Below, one piece after another: positions 19,132-29,244 of a stretch of DNA of 64,000 nucleotides. The DNA lies in the NCBI GenBank assembly GCA_034409565.1, contig DAOUMS010000022.1:116354-180353 (forward strand), read 5' to 3'. The number at the start of each line of letters is the position of its first letter. The first letter of the stretch is position 1. Position numbers and translations under genes: made by a program. This stretch comes from Dehalococcoidales bacterium (lineage in GTDB: Bacteria; Chloroflexota; Dehalococcoidia; Dehalococcoidales; RBG-16-60-22). The notes beneath the pieces were generated by a model. That model saw nothing but the letters and a program-made list of their open reading frames with translations. It had not been told where the DNA came from and made no database searches.

Positions 19132-19407
19132 TCACGCCACATCTTCTGTGGTGATATCCAGGACCTTTACCACGTCAACTATTTTTTCCAGTTGTTTTCG
19201 AACCTGACCCAGAATCACCGCCGAGCCGGAAACCACGATGGCAACCCTGGTCAGGCCAGGCCGCTCACCATCCTCAGTTTCAATGGTTTCCAGCACATTT
19301 ACGCTGTGAATATTGAAACCACGTCTGCGAAAGACGTTTGACATCCGGTTCAAGACACCGGGTTTATCCTCTACCAGCGCCAGCAGTATGTGTTTTGTCG
19401 GTGCCAT
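19132..19407 (-). CDS. Short ACT-domain-only paralog of the acetolactate synthase small subunit
   Basis: 91 aa. [31 protein letters not shown] aligns by eye to the N-terminus of the adjacent ilvN. It ends after one ACT domain. Confidence 0.7.
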   Translation of the reverse strand: [91 protein letters not shown]

Positions 19408-19426
19408 TTTGCCACCTTTTTCAACC

Positions 19427-21151
19427 TTAGATATTGCTCACTTTCAGTCTCTTTGAATCGGAAATGGCCTTCATCGGCTGCCTGGGCTCCTCCATAATCT
19501 CGGCAACCGTTGCTCCGGGCGGAATCATCGGGTAGACGTTTTCCTCCGGCTCCACCATAAAATCGATAAGGAAGGGCCCATTGTGCGCCATCGCCTGTTC
19601 GATGGCCGGGGCCACTTCTTCCCGGCGCTTAACCCGCAACCCTGACATACCGTACCCCTCCGCAATTTTAACGAAGTCAGGGCAGGATATTGGCGTGGCC
19701 ACGTACCGTCCCTTATAGAACAGCTGTTGCCACTGCCTTACCATCCCCAGGTAACCGTTATTGATAATGGCTATCTTGACTGGTGCCTGCTCCTGAACGA
19801 TGGCGCCCAGTTCCTCAATGGTCATCTGAAAACCACCATCGCCATCAATACACCAGACCGCAGTATCGGGGCAGCCAATTTGAGCTCCCAGGGCCGCTGG
19901 CAGGCCAAAGCCCATGGCGCCAAGGCCTCCGGATGAAATCAGCGTATCGGGCTTATCGAACCAGTAATGCTGTGCCGCCCACATCTGGTGCTGCCCGACT
20001 CCGGTGACAATTATCGCTTCGCCCTTGGTTATTTCATATATCTGACGCACCACGTACTGTGGCAGCAGCCCATCTTCATCCCTGATATCGATTGATGGGT
20101 GTTCTCTTCGCCATTCATCAAGCTGCTTTACCCAGCTAAGATGGTCAACGGGAACAAGCTGTCTGTTCATTGCCTGCAAAACCATCTTGACATCGCCCAC
20201 GATGGGCACGTCCACGCGAACGTTCTTACCAATCTCCGCCGGGTCAATATCGATGTGAATGATATGGGCGTGGGGGGCAAAAGCGCTTATCTTGCCCGTC
20301 ACCCGGTCATCAAATCTCATGCCGACGGCGAGCAGCACATCAGAATTCTCAACGGCGTAATTAGCATATACCATGCCGTGCATGCCCACCATGCCATAGC
20401 TGAGAGCATGGCTTTCCGGGAAGCAACCTACGCCCAGCAAGGTGGTCGTCACCGGTATCTGTGCCGTTTCCGCCAGCTCCTTCAGTTCACGGTATGCTTT
20501 GGAGACATTGACCCCTCTGCCAGCAATGATAACAGGGCGTTTGGCCTCATTGAGCATTTTAGCCGCCTTCTTGATTTGCGTGGGATGGCCCTGAAGCGTG
20601 GGCTTATAGCCGGGCAAATTCATTTTGTCGGGATAGCTGAATTCAGTTTGCTCCAGAAATACATCACGTGGTATGTCAATTAATATGGGGCCCGGGCGCC
20701 CGGTACGTGCCAGATGGAAGGCCTCTTTGATAATAGTGGCCAGGTGATTGACATCCATAACCAGATAGTTATGTTTGGTAATGGGCAACGTTATACCGGT
20801 GATATCTGTTTCCTGAAAGGCATCACGGCCGATGAAGTCCCTCCGGACCTGGCCGGTGACCGCAATTATCGGTACCGAATCAAGAAAAGCGTTGGCGATG
20901 CCGGTAACCAAGTTGGTCGCTCCGGGACCGGAGGTGGCGAAGCATACCCCCACTTTTCCCGTCGCCCGCGCATAGCCGTCAGCAGCGTGGGCCGCCCCCT
21001 GTTCGTGGCGTACCAGAATATGCCGGAGCTGAGGATACGACGGCAGAGTATCATAAAGCGGAATAACCGCTCCCCCGGGGAAGCCAAAGATAATATCCAC
21101 CCCCTCTTTTACCAAGCCTTCGCATAAAATCTGTGCCCCTGTCAGCTTCAT
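19427..21151 (-). CDS. ilvB: Acetolactate synthase large (catalytic) subunit
   Basis: 574 aa. ThDP enzyme signature (GDGGFQM...NNGYLGMVRQWQ) and N-terminal GFPGGAV. Confidence 0.9.
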   Translation of the reverse strand: MKLTGAQILCEGLVKEGVDIIFGFPGGAVIPLYDTLPSYPQLRHILVRHEQGAAHAADGYARATGKVGVCFATSGPGATNLVTGIANAFLDSVPIIAVTGQVRRDFIGRDAFQETDITGITLPITKHNYLVMDVNHLATIIKEAFHLARTGRPGPILIDIPRDVFLEQTEFSYPDKMNLPGYKPTLQGHPTQIKKAAKMLNEAKRPVIIAGRGVNVSKAYRELKELAETAQIPVTTTLLGVGCFPESHALSYGMVGMHGMVYANYAVENSDVLLAVGMRFDDRVTGKISAFAPHAHIIHIDIDPAEIGKNVRVDVPIVGDVKMVLQAMNRQLVPVDHLSWVKQLDEWRREHPSIDIRDEDGLLPQYVVRQIYEITKGEAIIVTGVGQHQMWAAQHYWFDKPDTLISSGGLGAMGFGLPAALGAQIGCPDTAVWCIDGDGGFQMTIEELGAIVQEQAPVKIAIINNGYLGMVRQWQQLFYKGRYVATPISCPDFVKIAEGYGMSGLRVKRREEVAPAIEQAMAHNGPFLIDFMVEPEENVYPMIPPGATVAEIMEEPRQPMKAISDSKRLKVSNI

Positions 21152-21163
21152 GGCAAGCCTCCT

Positions 21164-22846
21164 CTAGCCTCCGAATACAGCTCCGGTATTCGCCGAGCAT
21201 ACCTTCTCCGCATAATACCTGAGATAACCGGACTTTACCTTCGGTTCAAACGTCGGCAACTGTGCAATACGGCGCTTAATTTCTTCATCGGTCAGTTCCA
21301 CTGCCAGTTTATAGTTTGGAATATCGACCAAGATAATGTCGCCGTCCTGCAAAGCCGCAATCGGGCCCCGACTGGCCGCCTCGGGAGAAACGTGACCGAT
21401 AGCGGCACCGCGAGAGCCACCAGAATAGCGGCCGTCGGTTAACAGCGCGACCTTGTTGTCTATGCCCAGACCGCTCAGAAGAGAGGTAGGAGTCAGCATT
21501 TCCCTCATTCCGGGGCCGCCCTTTGGCCCTTCGTAGCGGATAACGATGACATCGCCCTCTTTTATGGCACCGCCCATAATGGCCTTGGTGGCGGCTTCTT
21601 CCGAGTCAAATACCCTGGCCGGTCCACGATGCGACATCATTTCCGGGGCCACTGCTGACCGCCGCACCACAGCACCTTCCGGTGCGAGATTGCCAAACAG
21701 TATGGCCAGCCCACCGGTCGCAGAGAACGCCTTATCAACCGGTCGAATTATATTGGTATCCAGAACCTGGCTGCCAGCGATATTCTCAGCCAGTGTGTCG
21801 CCGGTCACTGTTTTCAGGTCCAGTTTCAATAGTCCTTTTATTTCTTTCATCACCGCCGATATGCCGCCGGCACGATCCAGGTCCTCAATATGATATTTGG
21901 TTTTACTTTTTATATCTATATATGCCGGCGCTAGCTTGCAGAGACACGGCGTCTTCTGGCTTATCTCGTTGACCAGTGACAGCGGGAAGTCAACGCCCGC
22001 CTCATGGGCGATGGCCATCAGGTGCAGCACCGAGTTTGTGCTGGCGCCAAGCGCCATATCGACGGTCAGGGCGTTGTAAATGGATTCCTGGTTGATTAAA
22101 TCGCGGGGTCTAATGTTCTTCGCCAGCAACTTCATCACCGTACGCCCGGCGTCCATGGCCAGAACCCGCCGTCTGGCGTCAACTGCCGGTATAGTGCCGT
22201 TGCCCGGCAGCCCCATGCCCATAACTTCAGTTAAGCAGTTCATGGTATTGGCAGTGAACATGCCGGCACAGCTCCCGCAGCCCGGGCAGGCAACCTGCTC
22301 CATCCGTTCCAATTCCGCTTCGCTCGTTTTGCCGCTAAGAACCTCGCCCACTCCCTCGAAGACCGAGATGAGGTCGACCTTCCTGCCATCACTGCCAAAA
22401 CGGGTGGCCAGCATGGGACCGCCACTGATGAAGATAGATGGAATATTCACCCTCACCGCCGCCATGAGCATTCCGGGAATGATTTTGTCACAGTTGGGAA
22501 TGAAAACGAGGGCATCAAAGGCATGCCCCTCGGCCACCGTCTCCGCAGAATCGGCAATCAACTCCCGGCTGGGCAGGCTGTATTTCATCCCGGCATGGTT
22601 CATAACAATGCCGTCACACACGGCAATGGTATTGACCTCAAAGGGGACGCCGCCACCTTCCCTTACTCCTGCCTTCACCGCCTGTGCAATTTCACGCAGA
22701 TGTATATGCCCGGGAACAATCTCGCTAAAGCTGTTGATAATACCCACAAACGGCTTGTCCATTTCCGAGCGATTGCACCCCAGAGCATAAAGCAGAGAGC
22801 GGTGCGGCGCTCTTTCTATCCCCTTCTTGACAACGTCACTTTTCAT
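21164..22846 (-). CDS. ilvD: Dihydroxy-acid dehydratase
   Basis: 560 aa. IlvD/Edd signatures ([17 protein letters not shown]). Confidence 0.95.
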   Translation of the reverse strand: MKSDVVKKGIERAPHRSLLYALGCNRSEMDKPFVGIINSFSEIVPGHIHLREIAQAVKAGVREGGGVPFEVNTIAVCDGIVMNHAGMKYSLPSRELIADSAETVAEGHAFDALVFIPNCDKIIPGMLMAAVRVNIPSIFISGGPMLATRFGSDGRKVDLISVFEGVGEVLSGKTSEAELERMEQVACPGCGSCAGMFTANTMNCLTEVMGMGLPGNGTIPAVDARRRVLAMDAGRTVMKLLAKNIRPRDLINQESIYNALTVDMALGASTNSVLHLMAIAHEAGVDFPLSLVNEISQKTPCLCKLAPAYIDIKSKTKYHIEDLDRAGGISAVMKEIKGLLKLDLKTVTGDTLAENIAGSQVLDTNIIRPVDKAFSATGGLAILFGNLAPEGAVVRRSAVAPEMMSHRGPARVFDSEEAATKAIMGGAIKEGDVIVIRYEGPKGGPGMREMLTPTSLLSGLGIDNKVALLTDGRYSGGSRGAAIGHVSPEAASRGPIAALQDGDIILVDIPNYKLAVELTDEEIKRRIAQLPTFEPKVKSGYLRYYAEKVCSANTGAVFGG

Positions 22847-22870
22847 GTCCGGTTCCCCAATCTATTTTGG

Positions 22871-22932
22871 ATTTAAAAAAATAAAGGCTACACACGCACG
22901 GACCAGATACCCGGGAAAAAATCGCAGTAGCC
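22871..22932 (-). terminator. Candidate leader hairpin plus U-tract (possible attenuator) in the ilvD 5' leader
   Basis: On the minus strand: GGCTAC-35 nt-GTAGCC followed by TTTATTTTTTT, about 25 nt before the ilvD ATG. The stem is only 6-7 bp around a large loop, so this is weak. Confidence 0.25.
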
Positions 22933-22940
22933 CGTACCAC

Positions 22941-22970
22941 AAAATAGCACAAAATGAATGTGCTTGTCAA
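22941..22970 (-). promoter_or_regulatory. Sigma-70-like promoter for the ilv-leu operon (TTGACA-18-TATTTT)
   Basis: Read on the minus strand, immediately downstream of the tsaC stop. Confidence 0.45.
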
Positions 22971-22991
22971 ACTCGGTGCACGAGTGGTATC

Positions 22992-23663
22992 TCAGTGTTG
23001 CTCGGAACCCAAATCATGAAGGGACTGCAGAACCTGCCGTATCTCCAGCCAGCTCACCAGTCCCTGCCTCAGCAACTGGGGCGGGCTTACGGTCAGGTCA
23101 ACAATCGTGGAGAGTCCGCGAGAGGGTATCAGGCCCTGGTCCAGTATCAGGGTGACCTGTTCCGCCGCCTCACCGAGCAGACGGAGCACCTCCGGCACAG
23201 AGTATGGCGTAGCCTGTCCGCTGATATTGGCGCTCGTCGCCGTAATGGGCAGGTCGGTGATGACGGCCAAGTCCATTATCACCCTGTTATCCGGGATTCT
23301 AATGCCAACCGTATCGCGCCCGCCAACCAGCAGAGACGGAACGCTCTCCCTCCTGGGCAGCACCAGTGTCAAGGCGCCGGGCAGGAAATTGTGCGCCAGT
23401 TGCTCTGCTTCCGGGCTGATGTGAGCATACCTTTCCGCCATTTCCAGCGAGCTGACTGCCATGTGTATCGGGTTGGCGTAGTCGCGTCCCTTGATATTGA
23501 AAACCTTGACGATGGCCCTAGTGTCAAGCGCATTCGTCGCCAGCGCATACCCGGTATCCGTCGGGCACACCATCACTGCCCCTTTGCGGATAAGGCGCGC
23601 CGCCCGCCTTAATACCTGTTTCGACGGTCTTTTGGGATTGATTTCTTCGATTTCAGCCCGCAT
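22992..23663 (-). CDS. tsaC: L-threonylcarbamoyladenylate synthase (TsaC/YrdC/Sua5 family)
   Basis: VCPTDTGYALATNA ... LPGALTLVLP ... VGIRIPDN ... TATSANISGQ. I set the start at the internal ATG (MRAEIEE...), which overlaps the tsaD 3' end by 11 nt. Confidence 0.85.
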   Translation of the reverse strand: MRAEIEEINPKRPSKQVLRRAARLIRKGAVMVCPTDTGYALATNALDTRAIVKVFNIKGRDYANPIHMAVSSLEMAERYAHISPEAEQLAHNFLPGALTLVLPRRESVPSLLVGGRDTVGIRIPDNRVIMDLAVITDLPITATSANISGQATPYSVPEVLRLLGEAAEQVTLILDQGLIPSRGLSTIVDLTVSPPQLLRQGLVSWLEIRQVLQSLHDLGSEQH

Positions 23664-24672
23664 GTTGCACCTCCAGTGGCACATTGGGGATGACATCGAG
23701 AGACAGGTCATCGACCTGCCCTCGCATCAGCCGGGCATGGCCGGCCGCCGCTACCATGGCCGCATTATCCGTGCACAGCGAGAGGTCGGGAAAATAGACC
23801 TGTATTCCCTCTCTATTACCGGTATCCGCAAATACTTCTCTCAAGCGACGGTTTGCCGAGACGCCGCCGGTGACGCTGATGGCAGATACCTCACGCTGCC
23901 TGGCAGCCCGCACCGTCTTGGCCACCAGCACATCCACCACCGCTTCCTGAAAACTGGCGGCAATGTCTTCCAGGGGCAACGTTTCACCACTGGCCAGCTG
24001 GCCTTTGAAAGCGTTGATGATGGCCGTTTTCAGACCGCTGAAGCTGAAATAATAGGTTTTGGCTTTCAATAACGGCCGGGGAAAATGAAAGGCCTTTTTG
24101 TTGCCCCCTGCCCCCAGGCGGTCAATCACCGGGCCTCCAGGAAAGCCAAGGTCGAGGAACTTGGCAATTTTATCGAAGGCCTCGCCAGCGGCATCATCAA
24201 CCGTGCTACCAAGCAGCTCATACTGGCAGTAGCCTCTGACGTACACCAGCATGGTATGACCACCGGAAACCGTCAAACAGACATGGGGCATCGGGATTTC
24301 AGGGTTGCTCAGCAGGCTGGCGAAAATATGCCCCTCGATGTGATGTACCCCGATGAGTGGCACCTGCAGCGTGTAGCTGAGTGTCTTTGCCGCTGCCACC
24401 CCGACCAGAAGCGAGCCGACCAGTCCCTGCTTCGCCGTTACCGCCACTGCCTCCACGTCGCGCAGGGTCTTGCCGCCGACATCGAGCGCTTCATTTATAA
24501 CATAGCCGATAAGCTCGGTATGCCGCCGCGCCGCAATCTCCGGGACCACGCCGCCATATTTACGGTGCAGGTCAAGCTGATTGGCGATGATATTGGACAG
24601 CACCACTCTGCCATCAGCTACCAGTGCCGCCGATGTTTCATCACAGGAAGTCTCAATCCCCAGTACCAGCAT
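23653..24672 (-). CDS. tsaD: tRNA N6-adenosine threonylcarbamoyltransferase
   Basis: 339 aa. MLVLGIETSCDETSAALV and HHIEGH metal-site motifs of Kae1/TsaD. Confidence 0.95.
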   Translation of the reverse strand: MLVLGIETSCDETSAALVADGRVVLSNIIANQLDLHRKYGGVVPEIAARRHTELIGYVINEALDVGGKTLRDVEAVAVTAKQGLVGSLLVGVAAAKTLSYTLQVPLIGVHHIEGHIFASLLSNPEIPMPHVCLTVSGGHTMLVYVRGYCQYELLGSTVDDAAGEAFDKIAKFLDLGFPGGPVIDRLGAGGNKKAFHFPRPLLKAKTYYFSFSGLKTAIINAFKGQLASGETLPLEDIAASFQEAVVDVLVAKTVRAARQREVSAISVTGGVSANRRLREVFADTGNREGIQVYFPDLSLCTDNAAMVAAAGHARLMRGQVDDLSLDVIPNVPLEVQHAG

Positions 24673-24677
24673 CCCTG

Positions 24678-25391
24678 TTACCCCTGCTGCGTTGCCTGAG
24701 CACGCTGCTTATATTTGTTCACAAAAGCCCTGGCCGTTGACTCTTTCAGGTATAGCGGCGCCAGCGCCAGAGTATCATCAGGCTCGCCTTTTTCCAGATA
24801 AGCCGCGGTCAGCAACGCCACCACCGCCCCGCCGGGCGTGCTTTCCCTCGCCTCGATAGCGTTTGATTTGAGCCGCTGACCAATCATTTTCTGATACCTT
24901 GCCGCATCAGTTGCCACCAGCACCGCCGGCTCTATTATCAGCCCGGTCAGACCGGCAGGGTCACCAACATAGTAGTTGCCTACCTGATGCATGCCATTGC
25001 TGTCCCGGCGGTAGAACGCCGCATATATTGTCCCGCCGGCACCGGCGTCGATAACCGGGCAAATGATTCTGGCACTGTCTCCAGCACTGGAGGCAAGCAC
25101 CTCCAGAGTGGAAATGCCCTTTACCAGTTTTCCCGTACCATAGGCGAGCATTTTGCCCACCGTCACCCCTATCCTGATGCCCGTCCACGAGCCCGGCCCC
25201 AGGCCAACGCCGAAGCCTTCAATATCCTTAAGGTCGAGTCCGACTTTCCGGAGCACGCTGTCGGCATGGAGCATGATTTTGGCCAGCGACTCATTTCTGG
25301 CCTCAAAAGTTAAATCGGCCAGGACGCGCTCGCCGTCGACCACACCGATGGCGTTGGCGTAACCCGAAGTATCAATACCGAGTACCAGCAT
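24678..25391 (-). CDS. tsaB: tRNA t6A biosynthesis protein TsaB (YeaZ)
   Basis: 237 aa. MLVLGIDTSGYANAIGVV N-terminus of the ASKHA fold, without the TsaD metal motif. Confidence 0.85.
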   Translation of the reverse strand: MLVLGIDTSGYANAIGVVDGERVLADLTFEARNESLAKIMLHADSVLRKVGLDLKDIEGFGVGLGPGSWTGIRIGVTVGKMLAYGTGKLVKGISTLEVLASSAGDSARIICPVIDAGAGGTIYAAFYRRDSNGMHQVGNYYVGDPAGLTGLIIEPAVLVATDAARYQKMIGQRLKSNAIEARESTPGGAVVALLTAAYLEKGEPDDTLALAPLYLKESTARAFVNKYKQRAQATQQG

Positions 25392-25882
25392 CAGCCTTCA
25401 AGCCCCCTGATAAGGACGCCCGACCTCTCCCCAGAACCGGTAAATTCCAGCCGGCGCTTTTGCGGGGAAAGCACTTCGAACTGCACCTGAAGATAGTCCT
25501 CGGGCAGAAGAGAAAGCACTTTTTCCGCCCACTCCAGCACGATAACCCCCGTCTCCGCCCTGGCCAGATAATCGAGCATGCCGATTTCAAATCCGCTCTC
25601 AATATCATCAATACGGTACAGGTCAACGTGATAAACTGGAAACCTTCCCCGGTACTCATTGACGAAGGCGAAAGTGGGACTGTTGACCTCCTTTTCCGGA
25701 ATACCCAGACCGGCACACAGGCCCCGGGTGAAAAGCGTCTTACCACAACCAAGCTCGCCGACCAGTGCAATGACACCGCCCTCGGCGACCCTTTCCCCCA
25801 GCCGTCGACCCAGACGGAGCGTGGCCGTTGGGCTATTACTCAGAAAAACATACGCCGTTCTAGCTGTTTTTGAAGCTGACAT
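25391..25882 (-). CDS. tsaE: tRNA t6A biosynthesis ATPase TsaE (YjeE)
   Basis: 163 aa. Walker A GELGCGKTLFTRGL and SPTFAFVNEY. Confidence 0.9.
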   Translation of the reverse strand: MSASKTARTAYVFLSNSPTATLRLGRRLGERVAEGGVIALVGELGCGKTLFTRGLCAGLGIPEKEVNSPTFAFVNEYRGRFPVYHVDLYRIDDIESGFEIGMLDYLARAETGVIVLEWAEKVLSLLPEDYLQVQFEVLSPQKRRLEFTGSGERSGVLIRGLEG

Positions 25883-26031
25883 TCCCTGGCCGTAGATTGT
25901 TACTCTTCTTGACGGTAGTATATCATAATGATGTTCGTTCGTCAGGTGGTATTCAATTTACGCAGGTTGTCTGTAAACAGCCTCTGCCAGCAGACGTTAT
26001 TTATTTTTTACCACTTACCACGAAGAAATAT

Positions 26032-26060
26032 TTGACAAAAAATATCAGGTGATTTATACT
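26032..26060 (+). promoter_or_regulatory. Sigma-70-like promoter for the fdh operon (TTGACA-17-TATACT)
   Basis: Exact -35 consensus, 17-nt spacer and a near-consensus -10, about 145 nt upstream of the fdhA ATG. Confidence 0.55.
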
Positions 26061-26205
26061 ACTGGCCAATAATGACTGGCTCTCACTACTGATTACAAGT
26101 ACCCACTCATTGCGAAGTAGCACGGCTTCTTCTTTTGTATCACATTAACCCCTGGGATTTAAATATATAAGGATATCAAGGCACCCAGATAGAGAAGGAG
26201 GTACT

Positions 26206-29200
26206 ATGGAGCTAAGCCGAAGAGATTTCCTGAAAGCCTCAGGAGCCAGCATGGGCGGCGTATTTCTTTTTGGAGTGCTTAACTCGGATGTGGCCCTGGC
26301 TGGAACTCACCCGCTTTTGCCCCTGAAAAAGCAAATCGGGGAAATGACCACCATCTGCCCTTATGATGCCTCAGGCTGCGGCTTTATCGTTGCCGCAGAG
26401 GACGGCAAGGTGGTGAACATCGAGGGCGACCCCGACCACCCCATCAACCGCGGTGGTGGCTGCGCCAAGGGCGCTTCCATGCGGCAGCTCTCTGCCGACA
26501 ATCCCTGGCGCCTGAGCAAGGTCCTGTACCGCCCCCCCGGTGGCACTGATTGGCAAGAAAAAAGCTGGGACTGGGCACTGAACGAGATTGCCCACCGCAT
26601 CAAGGACACCAGGGATAAGAATTTCACCGAGAGAGACGGCAGCGGTAGTCTGGTCAACCGTACCGAAGCCATTGCTAACCTGGGAGGGTCCGCTCTAGAT
26701 AATGAGGAGTGCTACCTCCTGGCCAAGTTGACCCGCGCGCTCGGCATTGTGTACCTTGAACACCACGCCCGTATATGACATTCCCCCACTGTCGCCAGTC
26801 TGGCGGAAACGTTCGGCCGCGGGGCCATGACCAACCACTGGAATGACATTGCTAACGCTGATGCCATATTAGCCATCGGCTCCAACCCCGCCGAGAATCA
26901 CCCGGCGGCTTTCGGCCATATCACCGATGCCAAGGACAAAGGGGCCAAGCTCATCCATGTCGACCCGAGATTCACCAGGACCTCGGCGAAAGCTGATATC
27001 TACTCCCCACTGCGGTCAGGCACGGACATCGCCTTTATCGACGGCATGATAAAGTACGTGCTCGATGACATTGACCATAATCCCGGTAACTACAATACGA
27101 CCTACATCAAGGAGTACACCAACGCTCCTTACCTCATCAATCCCGACTTCAAGGGGCCGGCGGAACTGGACGGGTTATTCTCCGGCTATGCCGGCGGTCG
27201 AAATGAAACTGACGGCGGCAAACGGAAATACGATAAGTCCAGCTGGCAGTTTCAACTTGATGACAAGGGTATCCCCAAGAGGGATATGACCCTGAAAGAC
27301 CCGAACTGCGTTTTCCAGATAATGAAGAAACATTTTGCCCGCTACACCCCGGAAAAGGTAAACGAAATAACCGGCGCTCCCGTGGACACCTTCTTGCAGA
27401 TTTGCCAGACCTTTGCGTATAGCGGACAGGTGGGCAAGGCCGGTACCATACTGTACGCCATGGGCACCACCCAGCATACCTACGGCGCCCAGAACATCCG
27501 CTCGTACTGCATCCTGCAACTTCTGCTGGGCAATATCGGCATCGCCGGCGGCGGCATCAACGCCATGAGAGGCGAGTCCAACGTACAGGGTTCCACTGAC
27601 CACTGCTTGCTCTTCCACATTCTCCCCGGCTATTTGAAGGTGCCGGATAACACTGACACGTCCCTGGGCAAATATCTGGAGCGGGTTACCCCTACGAGCA
27701 ACGACCCCAAGAGCGCCAACTGGTGGCAGCACACCCCCAAGTACGTGGTCAGCCTGTTCAAAGCATGGTATGGTGAGGCCGCCACCAAAGATAACGAGTT
27801 CGGCTTCCACTACCTGCCCAAGATTGAGGCCGGCAAGAATTATTCCCATATCTCCCTGTTTGAGGCCATGTACTCCGGGGTCATCAAGGGGCTAATGGTC
27901 TGGGGGCAGAACCCGGCCGTGGGTGGCCCCAATGCCAACCTGGAGCGGATGGCGCTGGAACAGCTGGACTGGCTGGTGGTCGCTGATATCTGGCACACCG
28001 AGACGGCCAATTTCTGGCAGCGTCCCGGCGTTAACAAGGCCGACATCAAAACCGAGGTCTTCCTCCTGCCTGCCCTCAACTCCTTCGAAAAGGAAGGCAG
28101 CGTCACCAATAGCGGCCGTTTGAGCCAGTGGCGCTACCAAGCGGCCAAGGGTCCCGGAGCGGCTCAGGCCGATTTATGGATGATGGACTGGCTGGCCCGC
28201 AAGCTCATGGAGCTGTACGCCACTGAAGGCGGACCCAATGCCGAAGCGATTTCCCGACTTAACTGGAACTACGGCCATGAACACCCTGACGTGCACGCTG
28301 TCGCCAAGGAAATAAACGGCTATGACCTCACCACCGGTAAACTGCTGCCCAGCTTCACCAAGCTGCTGGATGATGGTACCACCTCTTCCGGCAACTGGCT
28401 CTACTGCGCCAGCTATACCGAAGACGGCAATATGGCCGCCCGCCGTGACCTGACCCCCGGCCCGTTCGACATCGGGCTTTTCCCCAAGTGGGCCTGGTGC
28501 TGGCCGGTGAACCGGCGGATTATCTATAACCGCGCCTCGGTTGACCTTAACGGCGAGCCGTGGGACAAGGAGCATCCGGTTATCTGGTGGCAGGGTGATA
28601 AATGGGTAGGCGATGTACCCGATGGCGGCTGGCCACCGATGGCGGTTGACCCGGAGAAGACCAAGTACCCGTTCATCATGAAGCCGGAGGGCCATGCCCG
28701 CTTCTTCGGCCCCGGCATGGCCGAGGGACCACTGCCGGAGCATTACGAACCATGGGAGTCGCCGATATCCAACCCCATGTCCGGGCAACAGAATAATCCC
28801 GCCTTCAAGATATGGAGGCCTGACGAGCAGGGTACTCCGGATAAGTACCCCATAGTCTGCAGCACCTACCGTGTCTGCGAACACTGGCAGGGCGGGCAGA
28901 TGACCCGGAACATGCCGTGGCTGGTCGAGATGATGCCCGAACCATTCGTTGAGATGAGCGAGGAACTGGCCCAAGATATAGGCATAGTCAATGGCGAGAA
29001 AGTCATCGTGGAGTCAACCCGGGGACGGGTACAAATGGTGGCGGTGGTGACCAAACGCTTCAAGCCTTTCCAGTTGAACGGAAACAAGGTGCATCAGGTA
29101 GGTATACCCTGGCACTGGGGTTACACCGGACTTTCCACGGGCGATAGCGCCAATATGCTCACGCCTCACGTGGGTGATGCCAATACGATGATACCGGAAT

Positions 29201-29235
29201 ATAAAGCCTTTCTAGTAAACATCCGCAAGGCTTAG
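26206..29235 (+). CDS. fdnG: Formate dehydrogenase catalytic (alpha) subunit. Tat-exported molybdo/tungstopterin enzyme with selenocysteine encoded by in-frame TGA at 26776-26778.
   Basis: Track ORFs 26206-26778 and 26827-29235 are in the same frame (621 nt apart). The join reads ...LEHHARI-U-HSPTVASLAETFGRGAMTNHWND, matching the FdnG/FdhF Sec context ...ARVUHGPTVASLAPTFGRGAMTNHW. The N-terminus has a twin-arginine signal (SRRDFLKASG) and a 4Fe-4S Cys cluster (CPYDASGCG). Confidence 0.9.
26776..26806 (+). promoter_or_regulatory. UGA(Sec) plus candidate SECIS hairpin
   Basis: Thirteen nt after the UGA: UCGCCA-GUC-UGGCGG (26792-26806), a 6-bp stem with a G/U-containing apical loop. CCAGUCUGG is similar in look to the E. 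coli fdhF apical GCAGGUCUGC. Confidence 0.5.
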
Positions 29236-29244
29236 GAGGAAATA

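Noticed and set aside
26066-26205. Possible Moco or other riboswitch in the ~140-nt fdh 5' UTR
   Set aside because: I could not find the conserved Moco-motif strings or any convincing multi-helix structure by eye. The UTR ends in a normal GAAGGAGG SD.
26776-26826. Reading fdhA as a pseudogene or as two separate genes because of the TGA at 26776
   Set aside because: Both halves share one frame and the gap codons are open. The TGA also sits exactly at the conserved Sec/Cys position of the FdnG active-site motif, with a hairpin downstream. Sec recoding is the simpler explanation.
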